Assembly: GCA_964600645.1 (NCBI GenBank)
Contig: CAZRJL010000003.1
Coordinates: 1 to 44,961, forward strand
From: an uncultured Bdellovibrionales bacterium
GTDB taxonomy: Bacteria; Patescibacteriota; Minisyncoccia; Moranbacterales; UBA9337
Length of the DNA stretch: 44,961 bases
Reading direction: 5' to 3'
This document shows, piece after piece, positions 43,442-44,961 of the stretch. Both the position numbers and the translations under genes were made by a program. The notes under the pieces are model-generated. The model did no database searches. It was not told where the DNA came from and saw only the letters and a list, made by a program, of their open reading frames with translations. How positions within the stretch are numbered: the stretch's first letter is position 1; each line of letters starts with the position of its first letter.

Positions 43442-44711
43442 ATTGAAGTAATAAGTTGTATTTCTCTTTGATTTTTTCAAATTCCGGCATTTTGTCCGTA
43501 CCGAGCGGATTTCCTTTCGGCAGATTCATTGCAAGCGGATTAATCGGAGCTCCGTTTAGTTTTATTCCATAATCAAGATGCGGTCCGGTTGACCAGCCAG
43601 TCGATCCAACATAGCCGATTACTTGCCCCTGGGAAACTTGGGCGCCGGATTTTATTCCTTTGCCAAAAGCACTAAGATGGCCGTAGTGAGTAGTGTATCC
43701 ATTGGCATGGCGCAGGCGGACAATATTCCCCCAGCCGCCCTCCCAGCCAGCACTCACAACATCTCCGCGAGCCGTAGCGACGACGGGAGTTCCGGTAGGA
43801 GCCGCATAGTCGATTTGATAGTGGGCACTTACAGTTTTGGTGATGGGATGAACTCGGGCGCCGGTATAGCCGGAGGTTATTTGGCGATAGCTGAGCGGGG
43901 CGCGCAAAAATTGGCGAACCAAGAAATGCCCTTCACTATCATAATGCCCATCCTCATCTCCATTGTCAAAATAGTATCCATAATAATCATTTCCGGCATT
44001 GGTGAATTTTGCCGCCAAAACTTTCCCATCCGGCGCCGGTTTTCCGTCCCGGGTTCTTTTTTCATAAATAACCGTAAAGCTGTCTCCTCGGCGAATTTCC
44101 GTGGTGAAATCGATATCGAAAGAAAAAATATCGGCAATTTCCAAAATCGTGGCTTCGCTGATTCCGGCATTGAGTGCGTCGATATAGAGAAAATTATCAA
44201 TATTAACACTGATATTTTCCTGGGAAATTTCATAAGGAATAGTTTCTTCATTTACAGAAAACTCGTTTTCTTCCCGGCGGACAACAATCATTGTTTCTGT
44301 GTCGTGGTCATATTCCATCCGCATAGCTTTTTCATTCTCATCGAAATAAAAGCGAATATCCCGTCCGATTTTCAGATTGGAAAAGTCATAGACATTTTCC
44401 GCCGACGCAATGATCGCTTCGGTGTCATTGGCATTGAATTTTCCGTGTTCACTGAAAACTTCCGCCGGAATGTCTCCTTCGGAAATGGTATGAGTATCGA
44501 CGCGCTGAGAAATTTTTTCCGGCTGGATGTCTTCCAATGGAGCGGGGGATGGATTTTTTTCAAGAACAACTTCTTTTGATGCTGAAAATTTATTGAAAAT
44601 AAAATAAAAGACAAGCACAATAAGTATTATATAAATAATTCTTGGCTTGATATTTTTCTTTTTCGGCGGTTCCGCTTGGTGATAAATATTTTTATTTGTA
44701 TATATGTCCAT
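43440..44711 (-). CDS. M23 (LytM-type) peptidoglycan metalloendopeptidase
   Basis: TM anchor. HYQIDY (HxxxD) and GYVGSTGWSTGPHLDYG. The usual HxH box reads H-L-D here. Confidence 0.8.
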   Translation of the reverse strand: MDIYTNKNIYHQAEPPKKKNIKPRIIYIILIVLVFYFIFNKFSASKEVVLEKNPSPAPLEDIQPEKISQRVDTHTISEGDIPAEVFSEHGKFNANDTEAIIASAENVYDFSNLKIGRDIRFYFDENEKAMRMEYDHDTETMIVVRREENEFSVNEETIPYEISQENISVNIDNFLYIDALNAGISEATILEIADIFSFDIDFTTEIRRGDSFTVIYEKRTRDGKPAPDGKVLAAKFTNAGNDYYGYYFDNGDEDGHYDSEGHFLVRQFLRAPLSYRQITSGYTGARVHPITKTVSAHYQIDYAAPTGTPVVATARGDVVSAGWEGGWGNIVRLRHANGYTTHYGHLSAFGKGIKSGAQVSQGQVIGYVGSTGWSTGPHLDYGIKLNGAPINPLAMNLPKGNPLGTDKMPEFEKIKEKYNLLLQ

Positions 44712-44812
44712 TGAATAATCAGTATGATAGGTCTGGCAAATTATTGATACGCATAAAATTGTCCTTATCGTTCATTTTCCCATTTTTTCCCAAAAGTAGC
44801 AATATCCCAAAG

Positions 44813-44841
44813 TTGAACCCGAATTCAGGCAAGGTTAGAAT
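44813..44841 (+). promoter_or_regulatory. Candidate sigma-70 promoter
   Basis: ttgaac (44813-18), 17-nt spacer, tagaat (44836-41). Confidence 0.5.
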
Positions 44842-44926
44842 GTAGGCGCGTGGTATTGATTTATATTTGGCTTTATGGTAGGGTAAAAATGAAGTTTGGC
44901 ATAAAATCATATTTTTTAAAATATTT

Positions 44927-44961
44927 ATGAACAAGAAAAGTATTGTTTATTCGGGCATAGT
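44927..44961 (+). CDS. 5' end of an unidentified gene running off the window (MNKKSIVYSGI...)
   Basis: ATG 44927 lies downstream of the candidate promoter. Only 11 codons are visible. Confidence 0.25.
   Translation, partial: MNKKSIVYSGI

Noticed and set aside
44719-44934. 71-aa minus-strand ORF upstream of the M23 gene
   Set aside because: There are no initiation signals and the composition is odd. It overlaps a better-supported plus-strand promoter and leader, so it is probably non-coding.

Overview
AT-rich, gene-dense chromosomal segment with about 48 supportable CDS, one tRNA-Ser(GGA) and one tmRNA. TGA is used as a stop (argS ends ...ERM-TGA), so the standard bacterial code applies. Gene content and protein style look like a reduced-genome Patescibacteria/CPR-type bacterium; this lineage call is inference only. 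The supporting traits are a eukaryote-like type-2 IleRS, many N-terminally anchored surface proteins, LCP/RlpA/L,D-transpeptidase/M23 wall enzymes, and weak Shine-Dalgarno usage. Most of the window is housekeeping: comM, rsmA, thiI, pth, the smpB-ssrA-infC-rpmI-rplT block, argS, ileS, recO, tgt, a murE-like ligase, lemA-htpX, pyk, and tRNA-Ser-dnaG-rpoD. No CRISPR array, intact mobile element or recognisable defence gene is present. Six things are not explained by ordinary annotation. (1) A family of tandem heptanucleotide (7-nt unit) repeats fills several untranslated leaders and also sits in frame inside tgt, murE, ileS, argS and a small ORF. (2) A G+C-rich, highly self-complementary segment at the left edge is framed by a perfect 55-bp direct repeat and lies beside a decayed tyrosine-recombinase gene. 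(3) The dnaG start codon lies 2 nt after the CCA of tRNA-Ser. (4) A self-contained promoter, 49-codon ORF and terminator unit is absent from the ORF track. (5) Two terminators are built from the same dispersed sequence. (6) A small accessory islet of unknown-function genes lies between htpX and pyk, including a translationally coupled 113/110-aa pair and a divergent wHTH-like/small-protein pair. All functional calls come from motif recognition by eye; no searches were run.
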